Part shown: positions 27,244-37,153 of the stretch, one piece after another | How the letters are laid out: each line of letters begins with the position of its first letter | Position numbering within the stretch: position 1 is the first letter of the stretch | The notes under the pieces: model-generated | Databases searched by the model: none | The model's input: the letters and a program-made list of their open reading frames with translations, nothing else | What the model was told of the DNA's origin: nothing | Position numbers and translations under genes: made by a program | From: Chloroflexota bacterium | Lineage (GTDB): Bacteria > Bacteroidota > Ignavibacteria > Kapaibacteriales > UBA2268 | Assembly (NCBI GenBank): GCA_050260015.1 | Contig: JBLNBN010000030.1 | Location: forward strand, 64,815-128,814 | Reading direction: 5' to 3' | DNA: 64,000 nt

Positions 27244-30200
27244 TTAAGCCAAAAGCTTTGCTTTGCCGGATTTTACGTCCAATAGCTCCCTCCAGTAAAT
27301 ATGCTCCTGCAAATCGCTCGGGGTCAGTATCTTGACGTCGAGGAACTGGTGAATGTTAAATCCCGACTTATTATAATTAATCTGGCTAAGGCATACATTC
27401 CAGCCTTCGAGCCAAATTCCCAGGTCTCTTCTTTGCTCTTCCGTACCGTCGAAATAAAATATTAAGTCGATGTCCGAATTGGGGCCGGCGGATTTTTCCA
27501 AAACGGTTCCATGCAGGTATACATTAATAACGCCGAATCTCTTTTTATCAATTTTATGAGCAATTGCGTCCGCCATACGAAGCCTCCAGAGGAGCGGTTC
27601 GTTATGGGTTGGATTCATTGCGCCAGTAGCGGACGCTGGGCGCTGCTGGTCGGGAGCGGCAAGGAACCCTATAGCCTCCTCTAAATCTGCGTTGAACATG
27701 AGTCTCGCGATTAAGCCGCCCGTAGTTTCTCTTACGTTGATGACTTTAAGGGTATCCACGATTGCTCCATACTCCGGCAGGTAACGTAGCAGGGTATTCG
27801 GGGAGCTCTTAAAGTATTCGTGATTAAATATATTTCCAAGCTCGTCCGGGTACAGCGGCAGATACCGTATGTTCGATTCGACCAGGTCCTGGAAGAAGTG
27901 CGTTCCAAACGAAAGGTCGGGGGCGTAGCCGTTAGTAGTCTTACCAATCTCGATAAGAGCGGCGGTGTTATTTATATCGCTGTAGGTAACCTTTACGCCA
28001 AGACGAATATCGTCGCGGCTGCCCCAACGGCCAGGCCCCATCAGGATAAACGTTTTCGGGGGAAGAAGCTTATTCAGCTTACCGACTGCGGCTCCTATAC
28101 TGACCAAGTCTTCTAGATTTTTCTTGGCGGCGTATTTATCCGGATCGACATAGACTATATATGCAATATCGGGCACGGAACCATTGGATATATACTTATT
28201 CGCCGTAAAGAGAATATTCTCCTCGGCGACGTCCTTTGGTATCTGGGCGGAAACGTTCTCGCCGGTCGAGCTCTGCGTGCGGCACTGGAGAAGGTAGAGG
28301 CATTCCCCGTCCCCGGCGAACTCTATGTCTATCGGCATATCCATGCATTCCTTCAATACGTTAAGCGCCGAATTTATCTTTTGTACGTAGCCGGAATTGG
28401 AAATAAAATTCTCGAAAGTAGTGACTATCCTGTCGCGATTTGTATCAATGCCTAACCCGACGGGTTTCTTAACGTTATTGTCCTCAACGATCGAAAAGAT
28501 ATCGTTCAGCATCGGGAATGAATTGCCGACTTCCTGGATTATCGCATCAACGGAAATTGTTTCAAAGCGATTCGTTTCCAGGTTAATTACGTCCATAAAC
28601 TTTGGAGCGTATCCTATAATTTCCGGCATGGTTAAATTTACGCGGAGATTGGGCTGCCCCGGGGCTATGAGAACGGGGAAATCGTTGCCGAGCCTGTCGA
28701 CGGCGCGAGTGCCTAACCCAGGCACCATGCGAATTAAGCCGTCTTCGCGCTTAATCCTTTGCGACCATCTAAACTCGTTATTGCTGAAGGCGACGCCGGC
28801 AAAAGCCGGGAAGAAGTACTTGCCGACCTTTTTGCCTACGACCTCCTGTATAAGAATACCCATCTCTTCGTTGTAATCCAACAGGCCGCGTTCGGAACGG
28901 TAGCCTATGGGGTCTGGGCCGAACGTCGAAGCGTAGACTTCGCTGATAGCGTCCATTATGGCCTCGATGCGCTGCTGCTTGGAGCCTTGGTTAGCAAGGA
29001 AAAGGCTCTTATACTTCCCGGCGAACGCCGATCCCATTCGATCCTCGAGTAGCGAAGAACTTCGCACGATTATCGGATTGTCGCCGAAGTCGTCGAGGGC
29101 GCGGGAGAGGCCGTACATTATCTCCGTCGGTATTTTTGCGTTCTTGAAAGCCTGTACTATATAGGGATACTCCTGGCGTATGTCGTCCATTTCCTTGTAC
29201 TTTTGCTCGATAACGTCCTCGAGATTGTTAAAGTACATAAAGTGCATCAGGCCGTCGGAAGTGATATACCAGGTTTTGGGGAATTTAAATGTAAGCAGCT
29301 CGGGATTAGTTTCTCCGAATTTCTTAAAAATCTTTTTCGCTAAAAATAGCCCCGCGCTTTTACCGCCTAATTTTCCCTGGCTCTCCGCGGGATAGATCAT
29401 GTTTTGAAGCAGGGAATAAAAGTCCTTAATATCAATGTAATTTTTAGCAATATCAATAAATTGCAGCTGATCGGTTAAGAATCTTCTAATTAAGGCGACT
29501 TTAACTCCATGCTCGGTAGGGGATTGCATGTCCTCAAACGCTGGGTTTATCTGGTGATAGCGACGAATTGCGTCCGCTATTTCAGTTAGAGGAGTGCTGG
29601 AGTTTGCTAGCACTTTAACGAGGTAATGAGATTTTTCTTCGTTTATCCATTTCTGAATTTGCAAATGGATTTCCCGATTGTCCATATATTTACGGGCTAT
29701 CGCAAATATTTCTTCGCTATAACTGTAGATGCTGTCCATTGCGAGCTTTTTTTGGGGACTATTCATATCCGCATCGGGATCGATGTCCTCATTTTTACTG
29801 ATATGATGGAACAGATCCAGCGTTTCCTTGATGCCCCTGCAGTAGAGCTTATTGAACATTTTACGGGATATGATAGTATACAGGCTCTTATCGGTCTTTT
29901 GTAGCAAGTCGAGCACGATTGTCCACTCGGGTTTTGCGCTCTCGGTGATTTCCTTAATCTGCATTTGATATTGCTGGAAGAGCTTTTTTAAGTTTTTCTG
30001 CAATACGTAGTGTGAAATTCTATCGGCGATCGTGCTTACTAATTTTTCCTCCTCCCGCGTAAAGACTTCCGAGCCCGTAAATGGGAAGCTAGGGCGATAG
30101 GAAAGCTCCACGAATCCACGTTTATCGTTTTGAACGATAATTTTACAACGAACGGCAAACGTAGTTTTTTCATAATTATCGGACGAGTATAGCACGCCGT

Positions 30201-30402
30201 CGACAAAAAGCCGGACTTGGCTATACTCCGGGTATTGAGCCGCCGGCTGGAGGGCTTCGATAATGCCGTGCATGATGTCGTCGACGGCAAGGTGAGGGTT
30301 GCCGATTAATTCTTCTACGGCATAAAGGCACGCAAGCTCTTTGGCTCGCTCCTCGAGGGATTTAACAAAATTGTTATACTTTTTGATTTTAGTTTTTTCC
30401 AT
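27244..30402 (-). CDS. PEP/pyruvate-binding (PPDK_N) domain protein with an N-terminal GAF-like segment and a C-terminal nucleotidyltransferase-like domain
   Basis: ERAKELACLY; LGGKSAGL, IVRSSSLLED..FAGKY, DIEFA and GPGRWGS; C-terminal YLHGT...SDIDL. Confidence 0.85.
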   Translation of the reverse strand: MEKTKIKKYNNFVKSLEERAKELACLYAVEELIGNPHLAVDDIMHGIIEALQPAAQYPEYSQVRLFVDGVLYSSDNYEKTTFAVRCKIIVQNDKRGFVELSYRPSFPFTGSEVFTREEEKLVSTIADRISHYVLQKNLKKLFQQYQMQIKEITESAKPEWTIVLDLLQKTDKSLYTIISRKMFNKLYCRGIKETLDLFHHISKNEDIDPDADMNSPQKKLAMDSIYSYSEEIFAIARKYMDNREIHLQIQKWINEEKSHYLVKVLANSSTPLTEIADAIRRYHQINPAFEDMQSPTEHGVKVALIRRFLTDQLQFIDIAKNYIDIKDFYSLLQNMIYPAESQGKLGGKSAGLFLAKKIFKKFGETNPELLTFKFPKTWYITSDGLMHFMYFNNLEDVIEQKYKEMDDIRQEYPYIVQAFKNAKIPTEIMYGLSRALDDFGDNPIIVRSSSLLEDRMGSAFAGKYKSLFLANQGSKQQRIEAIMDAISEVYASTFGPDPIGYRSERGLLDYNEEMGILIQEVVGKKVGKYFFPAFAGVAFSNNEFRWSQRIKREDGLIRMVPGLGTRAVDRLGNDFPVLIAPGQPNLRVNLTMPEIIGYAPKFMDVINLETNRFETISVDAIIQEVGNSFPMLNDIFSIVEDNNVKKPVGLGIDTNRDRIVTTFENFISNSGYVQKINSALNVLKECMDMPIDIEFAGDGECLYLLQCRTQSSTGENVSAQIPKDVAEENILFTANKYISNGSVPDIAYIVYVDPDKYAAKKNLEDLVSIGAAVGKLNKLLPPKTFILMGPGRWGSRDDIRLGVKVTYSDINNTAALIEIGKTTNGYAPDLSFGTHFFQDLVESNIRYLPLYPDELGNIFNHEYFKSSPNTLLRYLPEYGAIVDTLKVINVRETTGGLIARLMFNADLEEAIGFLAAPDQQRPASATGAMNPTHNEPLLWRLRMADAIAHKIDKKRFGVINVYLHGTVLEKSAGPNSDIDLIFYFDGTEEQRRDLGIWLEGWNVCLSQINYNKSGFNIHQFLDVKILTPSDLQEHIYWRELLDVKSGKAKLLA

Positions 30403-30537
30403 AATTTTATCCGGCGCATTATCAGAGCGTTAATTGATTGACTTTACTTGAAAACGAATTTGTAACGACATTGTTCTAAAGAATTTTCGTAATTTTGAAT
30501 TCAGTTTTAATTGCATTAATTAAAAATAAGAATAAAT

Positions 30538-31428
30538 ATGATTGAGTTTACCGATACTACATTCGAGAATAAGCAGCGCGCCTCCGCTGACTTTGCCGAA
30601 ATAGCTATTAAAGTCCGACGCGACATCATAAAAAGTCTTGTGCTCGCAAAGTCCGGACATAGCGGCGGTCCGCTCGGGATATCCGACGTGATGTCGGTTT
30701 TGTTTTTCGGCGGTATTATGAATTACGATCCGAAGGACCCGAAATTGAAATCGCGGGATCGCTTCGTGCTCTCCGCCGGCCACATGGCCCCGGTCCTTTA
30801 TTCATGCCTCGCCCGCGCCGGGTACTTCCCGCCGCAGGAACTCGCTTCGCTCCGTAAATGGGGAACGCGCCTGCAAGGGCACCCGGGATTGGATACCGGT
30901 CTTCCTGGCATTGAGACTTCTTCAGGCTCCTTAGGGCAGGGCGTCTCGATCGCGGTTGGAATGGCTCTTTCCGATAAGCTCGTCGACAGGAACGGCCGCA
31001 ATGTATTTACGGTCTCCGGAGACGGCGAATTGCAGGAAGGCGCCGTATGGGAAGCGGCTATGGCTGCGGCAAATTATAACCTGGACAACCTGTGCTGGAT
31101 TGTCGACAATAACGATTGCCAGATCGACGGCAGGGTACGCGACGTAATGAATATATATCCGCTGCGTTCAAAATTCGAAGCGTTTAATTTTAACGTTATC
31201 GAGATCGACGGGCATAACTACGCTGAAATACTCGGCGCGTTTGAAATGTTCCTCAATCATAAAAAGCAAAGTACGGGCAAGCCGACTTGCATTATCGCAA
31301 AAACTTTCATGGGACGCGGCGTTTCCTTTATGGAAGACAAATACTCCTGGCACGGCAATCCTCCTAACGTCGAGCAAGCCGACCAAGCTCTGCAAGAACT
31401 CATTATTGAAAACTGTAAGAGGATATAA
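30538..31428 (+). CDS. Transketolase, N-terminal subunit
   Basis: SGHSGG, RDRFVLSAGH, SLGQG and GDGELQEG. Confidence 0.93.
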   Translation: MIEFTDTTFENKQRASADFAEIAIKVRRDIIKSLVLAKSGHSGGPLGISDVMSVLFFGGIMNYDPKDPKLKSRDRFVLSAGHMAPVLYSCLARAGYFPPQELASLRKWGTRLQGHPGLDTGLPGIETSSGSLGQGVSIAVGMALSDKLVDRNGRNVFTVSGDGELQEGAVWEAAMAAANYNLDNLCWIVDNNDCQIDGRVRDVMNIYPLRSKFEAFNFNVIEIDGHNYAEILGAFEMFLNHKKQSTGKPTCIIAKTFMGRGVSFMEDKYSWHGNPPNVEQADQALQELIIENCKRI

Positions 31429-31431
31429 ATC

Positions 31432-32460
31432 ATGCAACACTATAAATTATTAGGCCAGAAGCCAACTCGCCACGGTTTTGGAGAGGCTCTTGTTACGCTC
31501 GGCGAACGAAATCCCAACGTTGTCGTCCTGGGCGGCGACATTACCGGCTCCGTTATGACTTCTTTCTTTAAAGAGAAATTTCCGGAGCGCTTCTTCTCTT
31601 TGGGCATCGCCGAACAAAACGCAACGACCGTCGCTGCGGGTCTCGCCCTTTCCGATAAAGTCGCGTTCTTCTCGAGCTATAGCGCGTTCGCGGCGTTCCG
31701 CAATGCGGATCAGCTGCGCATCTCCGTTTGCTATAACAACGCGAACGTAAAGATAGGCGGCGGGCATTCGGGTATAACGGTAGGCCCGGACGGAGCAACG
31801 CATCAATCTTTGGAAGAAATGGCGCTGCTCCGCGCGCTTCCGAATATGACATTAATCGTTCCGGCGGACTACGAGGAAACCCGCAAAGCGACTATAGCCG
31901 CGGGCGAAATGCACGGCCCGGTTTACATCAGGTTCGGACGCTCCGCCGTTCCTATGTTCACTACGCCGGAGACGCCCTTCGAGATCGGCAAGGCGAACAT
32001 ATTGCGCGAGGGCAAGGACGTTGCGATCGTAGCATGCGGTCTGCTCGTCTGGCAAGCGCTTTTAGCCGCGGAAGAATTGGATAAGAGAGGCATCAGCGCG
32101 AGGGTAATTAATTGCCACACCGTTAAGCCAATCGACGTTGAAACTATCTCGCAAGCCGCTAAGGACTGCGGTTGCATTGTTACCGCGGAAGAGCACCAGG
32201 TCTATGGCGGGCTTGGCGGCGCGGTCGCCGAGGTAGTCGTAAAGAATTGCCCGGTTCCCATGGAATTCGTAGGCGTAAAGGACACCTTCGGCGGTTCGGG
32301 CGAGCCCGACGAATTACAGGAAATCTTCGGCCTGACCTGGAAGGAAATATTCGCTTCCGCAATGGTGGCGATGGAGCGCAAAGCCGGCTCGGAAAAAAGC
32401 TGGCGTAAAGTCACCGATATTGCCGAGTATAAAGAAGGCGTATTCGTAAACGGCAAATAG
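31432..32460 (+). CDS. Transketolase, C-terminal subunit
   Basis: GIAEQN, VGPDGATHQ, GPVYIRFGR and AEEHQVYGGLG. Confidence 0.93.
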   Translation: MQHYKLLGQKPTRHGFGEALVTLGERNPNVVVLGGDITGSVMTSFFKEKFPERFFSLGIAEQNATTVAAGLALSDKVAFFSSYSAFAAFRNADQLRISVCYNNANVKIGGGHSGITVGPDGATHQSLEEMALLRALPNMTLIVPADYEETRKATIAAGEMHGPVYIRFGRSAVPMFTTPETPFEIGKANILREGKDVAIVACGLLVWQALLAAEELDKRGISARVINCHTVKPIDVETISQAAKDCGCIVTAEEHQVYGGLGGAVAEVVVKNCPVPMEFVGVKDTFGGSGEPDELQEIFGLTWKEIFASAMVAMERKAGSEKSWRKVTDIAEYKEGVFVNGK

Positions 32461-32482
32461 TTTTAGTAAATCTAAACGAATG

Positions 32483-32519
32483 AAAAAGAGAAAGGCAAGC
32501 CGAGAAGCTTGCCTTTCTT
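32483..32519. terminator. Bidirectional intrinsic terminator
   Basis: AGAAAGGCAAGC-cgagaa-GCTTGCCTTTCT between convergent genes. Confidence 0.75.
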
Positions 32520-32541
32520 ATATCTATACGTTTAAATCCAA

Positions 32542-34098
32542 TTAGTTTCTGCAACCTGCTTTTTCAGCTACGGATTTACCCTGGAGGAACAGCATGAGAT
32601 AGTCCTTGCTGCCGGCCTTGGAGTCGGTGCCGCTCATATTGAAACCGCCGAAGGGATGCACGTCGACCATTGCGCCGGTGCATTTACGGTTGAGGTAGAG
32701 ATTGCCGACGTGGAACTCCCTGCGTGCGCGTTCCAATTTCTCGCCGTTCTTCGAATAAACTGCGCCAGTCAAGCCATAGATCGTGTTGTTGGCGATCTTC
32801 AAGCCGTCGTCGTAATCTTTCGATTTGATGATTGCGAGAACCGGGCCGAATATCTCTTCTTGCGATAAACGAGCCATAGGATCGATATCCGCGAAGACGG
32901 TGGGCTCGATGTAGAAGCCGTTCATGCCTTCAGCTTTCTTGCCGCCGATGATCAAGCGACCTTCCTGCTTGCCGATTTCGATATAATTAAGAATTGATTT
33001 TTCAGCGCTTGCGCTAACGACGGGACCCGAGTAGAAGTTATCCTTCGGGTTGCCCTGCTTGAGGTCCGCGACGAGATTTTTAACTTTTCCGACGAATTCG
33101 TCATAGATCTTTTCGTCGACGACGGCGCGGGAGCAAGCGGAGCATTTCTGGCCCTGGAAGCCGAAGGCTGAAGCGACAACGCCCTGTGCGGCGGCGTCTA
33201 CGTCGGCTTCGGAATCGACCACGATAGTGTCCTTGCCGCCCATTTCCGCGACGACGCGTTTGATCCAGATCTGGCCGGGATTTACTTTAGCGGCGCGCTC
33301 GTTGATGCGCAAGCCGACTTCCATCGAACCGGTGAAGGAGATGAAGCGGGTCTTGGGGTGATCGACGAGGTAATCGCCGGCTTCGGCGCCGGAAGCGACT
33401 AAATAATTAAGAACGCCGTCCGGGAGGCCTGCGCGCTTCATGATGTCGGCGAAGAGCCATGCCATCATCGGGGTTTCGCTCGACGGCTTCAGGACTACCG
33501 TGTTGCCGGTAACGATAGCTGCGGAGGAGATGCCGATCATGATAGCGAACGGGAAATTCCACGGGGGAATGCAGACGCCGACGCCAAGCGGAATGTAGAA
33601 GTACTGGCCGATCTCGCCGTCCATTTTAGTCAACTCCTGGTCCTGGCCGTAACGAATGGCTTCGCGACCGTAAAATTCAAGGAAGTCGATTGCTTCGCAG
33701 GTGTCCGCGTCGGCTTCGGCAAAGTTCTTGCCGGCTTCGGAGATCATCCATGCGTTGATCTCGAAACGGCGCTGGCGAACTTCTTCTGCGGCGCGGAAGA
33801 GAAATTCTGCGCGATGTTCGGGAGTCGTATATTTCCAGGTTTCAAAGGCGCGGGCTGCGGCTTGAATCGCTTCTTCTGCGTGGTCTTTTCCGCTTTTCTG
33901 GAATGTGCCGATCACTTCGTCAACGGCGCCGGGGTTGATGGAAACTGTTTTCTTCTCGGAGAAGACTTCCTTTCCGTCGATATAGTTAGGATATTCTTTA
34001 CCAAATTGCTTTCTAACGAGTTCAAGAGCTTCTACTTGCTTATCGAACAACGCCTTATCGTTGAAATTGTAAGGCATTTCGTTTGCAAATTGTTTCAT
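32542..34098 (-). CDS. pruA: L-glutamate gamma-semialdehyde (P5C) dehydrogenase
   Basis: PPWNFP, FTGS, AEMGGKD, GQKCSACSR, EEIFGPV and YLNRKCTGA; ATG 34098 follows GGAG. Confidence 0.93.
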   Translation of the reverse strand: MKQFANEMPYNFNDKALFDKQVEALELVRKQFGKEYPNYIDGKEVFSEKKTVSINPGAVDEVIGTFQKSGKDHAEEAIQAAARAFETWKYTTPEHRAEFLFRAAEEVRQRRFEINAWMISEAGKNFAEADADTCEAIDFLEFYGREAIRYGQDQELTKMDGEIGQYFYIPLGVGVCIPPWNFPFAIMIGISSAAIVTGNTVVLKPSSETPMMAWLFADIMKRAGLPDGVLNYLVASGAEAGDYLVDHPKTRFISFTGSMEVGLRINERAAKVNPGQIWIKRVVAEMGGKDTIVVDSEADVDAAAQGVVASAFGFQGQKCSACSRAVVDEKIYDEFVGKVKNLVADLKQGNPKDNFYSGPVVSASAEKSILNYIEIGKQEGRLIIGGKKAEGMNGFYIEPTVFADIDPMARLSQEEIFGPVLAIIKSKDYDDGLKIANNTIYGLTGAVYSKNGEKLERARREFHVGNLYLNRKCTGAMVDVHPFGGFNMSGTDSKAGSKDYLMLFLQGKSVAEKAGCRN

Positions 34099-34175
34099 TT
34101 GTATCTCCATTATTCTTTTATAATAAATGAGTAGTATTCGCCGCAACGAATACAAAATTAATAAGAAAAAAGGAT

Positions 34176-35405
34176 TTAACCTAAAAGACTTGTCAAAGCT
34201 TTATGAGCGACGGCGCATAGCGCCGCAACGCCGTATTTCATTGCGTTTTCGTCCGGTTGGAGCTTGGAATTATGAATCGGGGGCAATTCCTCGCCCGCTG
34301 GGGCGACCCCTAAGTACCAGAACAACCCGGGAATTCTTTGAGTATAGTAGCCATAATCCTCGGCCCACATCTTTGGCTCGAAGGGCTCGTACTGGGCGCC
34401 GGATATTGACTTAACGCAATGAATGGCGAGCGTCGCCAGCTCAGCGTCGTTGATTACCGCTGGAAAGCCTTTTTTAATATTCAATTTGCATTCTACGCCA
34501 TATATAGCGGCTATTTGGCTTGAAAATGCCGGTAAAAGATCATAGAATCTCTCGCGCAGCTCCTGGTTGAATGTGCGCATCGTTCCAAGCATTATGGCTT
34601 CGTCCGGAAAGATGTTCGTAACGGAGCCGGCTTGAATAGACGTTACGGAAATGACTATAGGTTCAAGCGGGTTGGCGTTCTTAACGATTAGAGAAGGGAT
34701 AGCATTGACAATGGCCGCCGCCGCCGCAATCGGGTCGCGGCCCGCGTGCGGCTGAGCCGCATGGCTGCCAGCCCCGGCAAGCGTCCAGTAGAGTTCGTCG
34801 CCGCTTGCCATCGAGGGCTTTTCCGTAATGCAAATCTTACCGGTCTCAGCGTGCGGGAAGATATGCTGGCCGAATATCGCCACTGGTTTAAATCGCTCGA
34901 AAACGCCTTCGCTTAATATCAAACTTGCGCCGCCGGGGATAAGCTCCTCCGCCGGTTGAAATATCAAAAGAATCTTGCCGGGCAAATCCTTTTCAATGGA
35001 TTTAAGTATTTTTGCCGCGCCGAGCAGCATCGCCGTATGGAAGTCATGCCCGCAGGCGTGCATCACGCCCGGGCGTGAGCTTTGGAACTCTAAATTAGTC
35101 TCCTCTTGTATCGGCAGGGCGTCGATATCCGCGCGAAGAGCTATGCATTTTTCGCCGGAGCCAATCGAGGCGATAACTCCAGTCTTTTTAGGCGAGCCGT
35201 TAGCGGCGAAGCTATCGGGTTGCAGGCAACAGAACTCCGGGTCAATTCCCATTTCCTTTAATTTATCGGCTACGTACTTCGACGTTTCGATTTCTCTAAA
35301 AGAGAGTTCGGGATTTTTATGGATATGCCTTCTAAATTCAACAATTTCATTAAAGTATTGATTTGCTTTCCGTAGGAACATTTCGTTTAATTCGCCTTCG
35401 CTCAA
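34176..35405 (-). CDS. M20D family amidohydrolase
   Basis: RRHIHKNPELS, LRADIDALP, MHACGHD, FQPAEE and AEDY; start overlaps the dapF stop. Confidence 0.92.
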   Translation of the reverse strand: MSEGELNEMFLRKANQYFNEIVEFRRHIHKNPELSFREIETSKYVADKLKEMGIDPEFCCLQPDSFAANGSPKKTGVIASIGSGEKCIALRADIDALPIQEETNLEFQSSRPGVMHACGHDFHTAMLLGAAKILKSIEKDLPGKILLIFQPAEELIPGGASLILSEGVFERFKPVAIFGQHIFPHAETGKICITEKPSMASGDELYWTLAGAGSHAAQPHAGRDPIAAAAAIVNAIPSLIVKNANPLEPIVISVTSIQAGSVTNIFPDEAIMLGTMRTFNQELRERFYDLLPAFSSQIAAIYGVECKLNIKKGFPAVINDAELATLAIHCVKSISGAQYEPFEPKMWAEDYGYYTQRIPGLFWYLGVAPAGEELPPIHNSKLQPDENAMKYGVAALCAVAHKALTSLLG

Positions 35406-36244
35406 AGTATTATCTCCTTTTCCTCTAAGAATTCGGCCGGTCCGCTCAACTTAAGCTCGGAAAAATCCTCGCCGACGGCGACGAAGGAAACGGTCAGCTC
35501 GTCGCCGGATTTTGGTACGAGGGTAATAGGGGGCGCGATTCGTTTTTTCATATAATGACTAATTGCCGATGCGATAGCGCCGGTGCCGCACGCCCCGGTT
35601 TCGCCCTCGACGCCGCGCTCGTACGTGCGAACGTATAGCTTGCCTTTCTCGGGCCAAATGAAATTGACGTTAACTCCTCTCGGGAAGAGCTCGGTCGCGT
35701 TCCGAATTACTACTGCAAATTGATCGATATTTAATTGATGGAACATCCTGAGACTGGAGACTATTTCCACGGGCTCCATAACGAAGTGATCGGAGCCGAC
35801 GTTGATGTAGTCGCCAAGAAAAAACCTACCAGCGACGTTAACGCCAATATTTCTTCTGATTTCAATAGGGGGCGGGAAATCGACCGTAACATTTCCATCT
35901 GGTTCAATCTTGGCGAAGTATTCATTGCCTGCCATCTTGAACTTAATCTCATCGGGATTGTTGATCATACCAAGCTTATTAGCGAATGCGACGGCGCAAC
36001 GGCTCCCGTTGCCGCACATCATGCCGCTGGAGCCGTCGGGATTGAAGAACCAGGCCTCGAAGTTATATCCTTTAGCTTCGTTTATAGCGATTACTCCTTC
36101 CGTAGGCCTGCCTAAAAGCGTAAGTTGAAGGCAAAGCGTCTCCGCATGCTCGGAGATCACGAGCGGCGTCAATCCGTAAGCGCGATTGTCGAGCGTCGTA
36201 AAGAGATTGCCCGCCCCGGACATGTGTTGGACATTAACAACCAT
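35402..36244 (-). CDS. dapF: Diaminopimelate epimerase
   Basis: GAGN, NPDGS..MCGNGSRC and RTYERGVEGETGACGTGA. Confidence 0.95.
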   Translation of the reverse strand: MVVNVQHMSGAGNLFTTLDNRAYGLTPLVISEHAETLCLQLTLLGRPTEGVIAINEAKGYNFEAWFFNPDGSSGMMCGNGSRCAVAFANKLGMINNPDEIKFKMAGNEYFAKIEPDGNVTVDFPPPIEIRRNIGVNVAGRFFLGDYINVGSDHFVMEPVEIVSSLRMFHQLNIDQFAVVIRNATELFPRGVNVNFIWPEKGKLYVRTYERGVEGETGACGTGAIASAISHYMKKRIAPPITLVPKSGDELTVSFVAVGEDFSELKLSGPAEFLEEKEIIL

Positions 36245-37052
36245 TGTTGATTATCCTCCCGCAATTTTTTAATGTCTGGTATATATCTTTGTGCAAATGA
36301 ACGTTAGAAGCGATCAATGATTGATCCCCGATCTTATATTCCTTGTTATCGAAAGTCGTTACGGCTCCGCCAGCTTCGCGAACGAGAAGTATGCCGGCCG
36401 CGACGTCCCAAGGACGCAATTCCACTTCCCAAAAGGCGTCGAACCTTCCGCAGGCAACGTAGGCAAGATCCAATGCCGCCGAGCCCAACCGACGAACAGA
36501 AATGCCCTGGCTGATAATTTTTACTAGTATATCGACGCAATTACATGGATTCTCATTAACATTATAGGGGAAACCCGTCACGAGGAAAGAAGTTTCCATA
36601 TTATTCGTTTCGGAAACGGAAACTTTCTTCCCGTTAAAGTAAGCTCCCTCGCCCTTAACCGCGCTGAAGAACTCTTCCGTAATCGGGTTATAAATTACCC
36701 CGGCAAGTATTTCGCCTTGATATTCAGCGGCGACGCTAACGGAAAAGATAGGGACGTTATGCGCGAAATTTACCGTGCCGTCGAGCGGATCGATAATCCA
36801 TCTAACCGTTTCCGGGTTGAATCCCGTCATACCGCTCTCCTCGGCTAAGACGACATGTTCCGGATATTTCTCGTGGATTGCGTCGATGATCGCTTTTTCA
36901 GCTTTCAGATCGTAATTTGTTACTAAATTATTCTTACCTTCTTTATTGGATATCTCTAATGTTTGGCCGAAGCCCTGGCGTAGTATGTCGCCGGCCAGCA
37001 AAGCCAATTCTTTCGAAAATTGCGCTAATTCGTGCTTCATTTTCTTACCCAT
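36234..37052 (-). CDS. suhB: Inositol monophosphatase family protein
   Basis: WIIDPLDGTVNF, RRLGSAALDL and WDVAAG. Confidence 0.9.
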   Translation of the reverse strand: MGKKMKHELAQFSKELALLAGDILRQGFGQTLEISNKEGKNNLVTNYDLKAEKAIIDAIHEKYPEHVVLAEESGMTGFNPETVRWIIDPLDGTVNFAHNVPIFSVSVAAEYQGEILAGVIYNPITEEFFSAVKGEGAYFNGKKVSVSETNNMETSFLVTGFPYNVNENPCNCVDILVKIISQGISVRRLGSAALDLAYVACGRFDAFWEVELRPWDVAAGILLVREAGGAVTTFDNKEYKIGDQSLIASNVHLHKDIYQTLKNCGRIINNGC

Positions 37053-37153
37053 ATTGACAAAAAATGTCGATTTAATGAACCTATAGAATTATTTGTCGTT
37101 AGTTTATTTTGTTTTTTTTAAATTTGCGTTACAAACAGTTAAAAAAACGGAAT

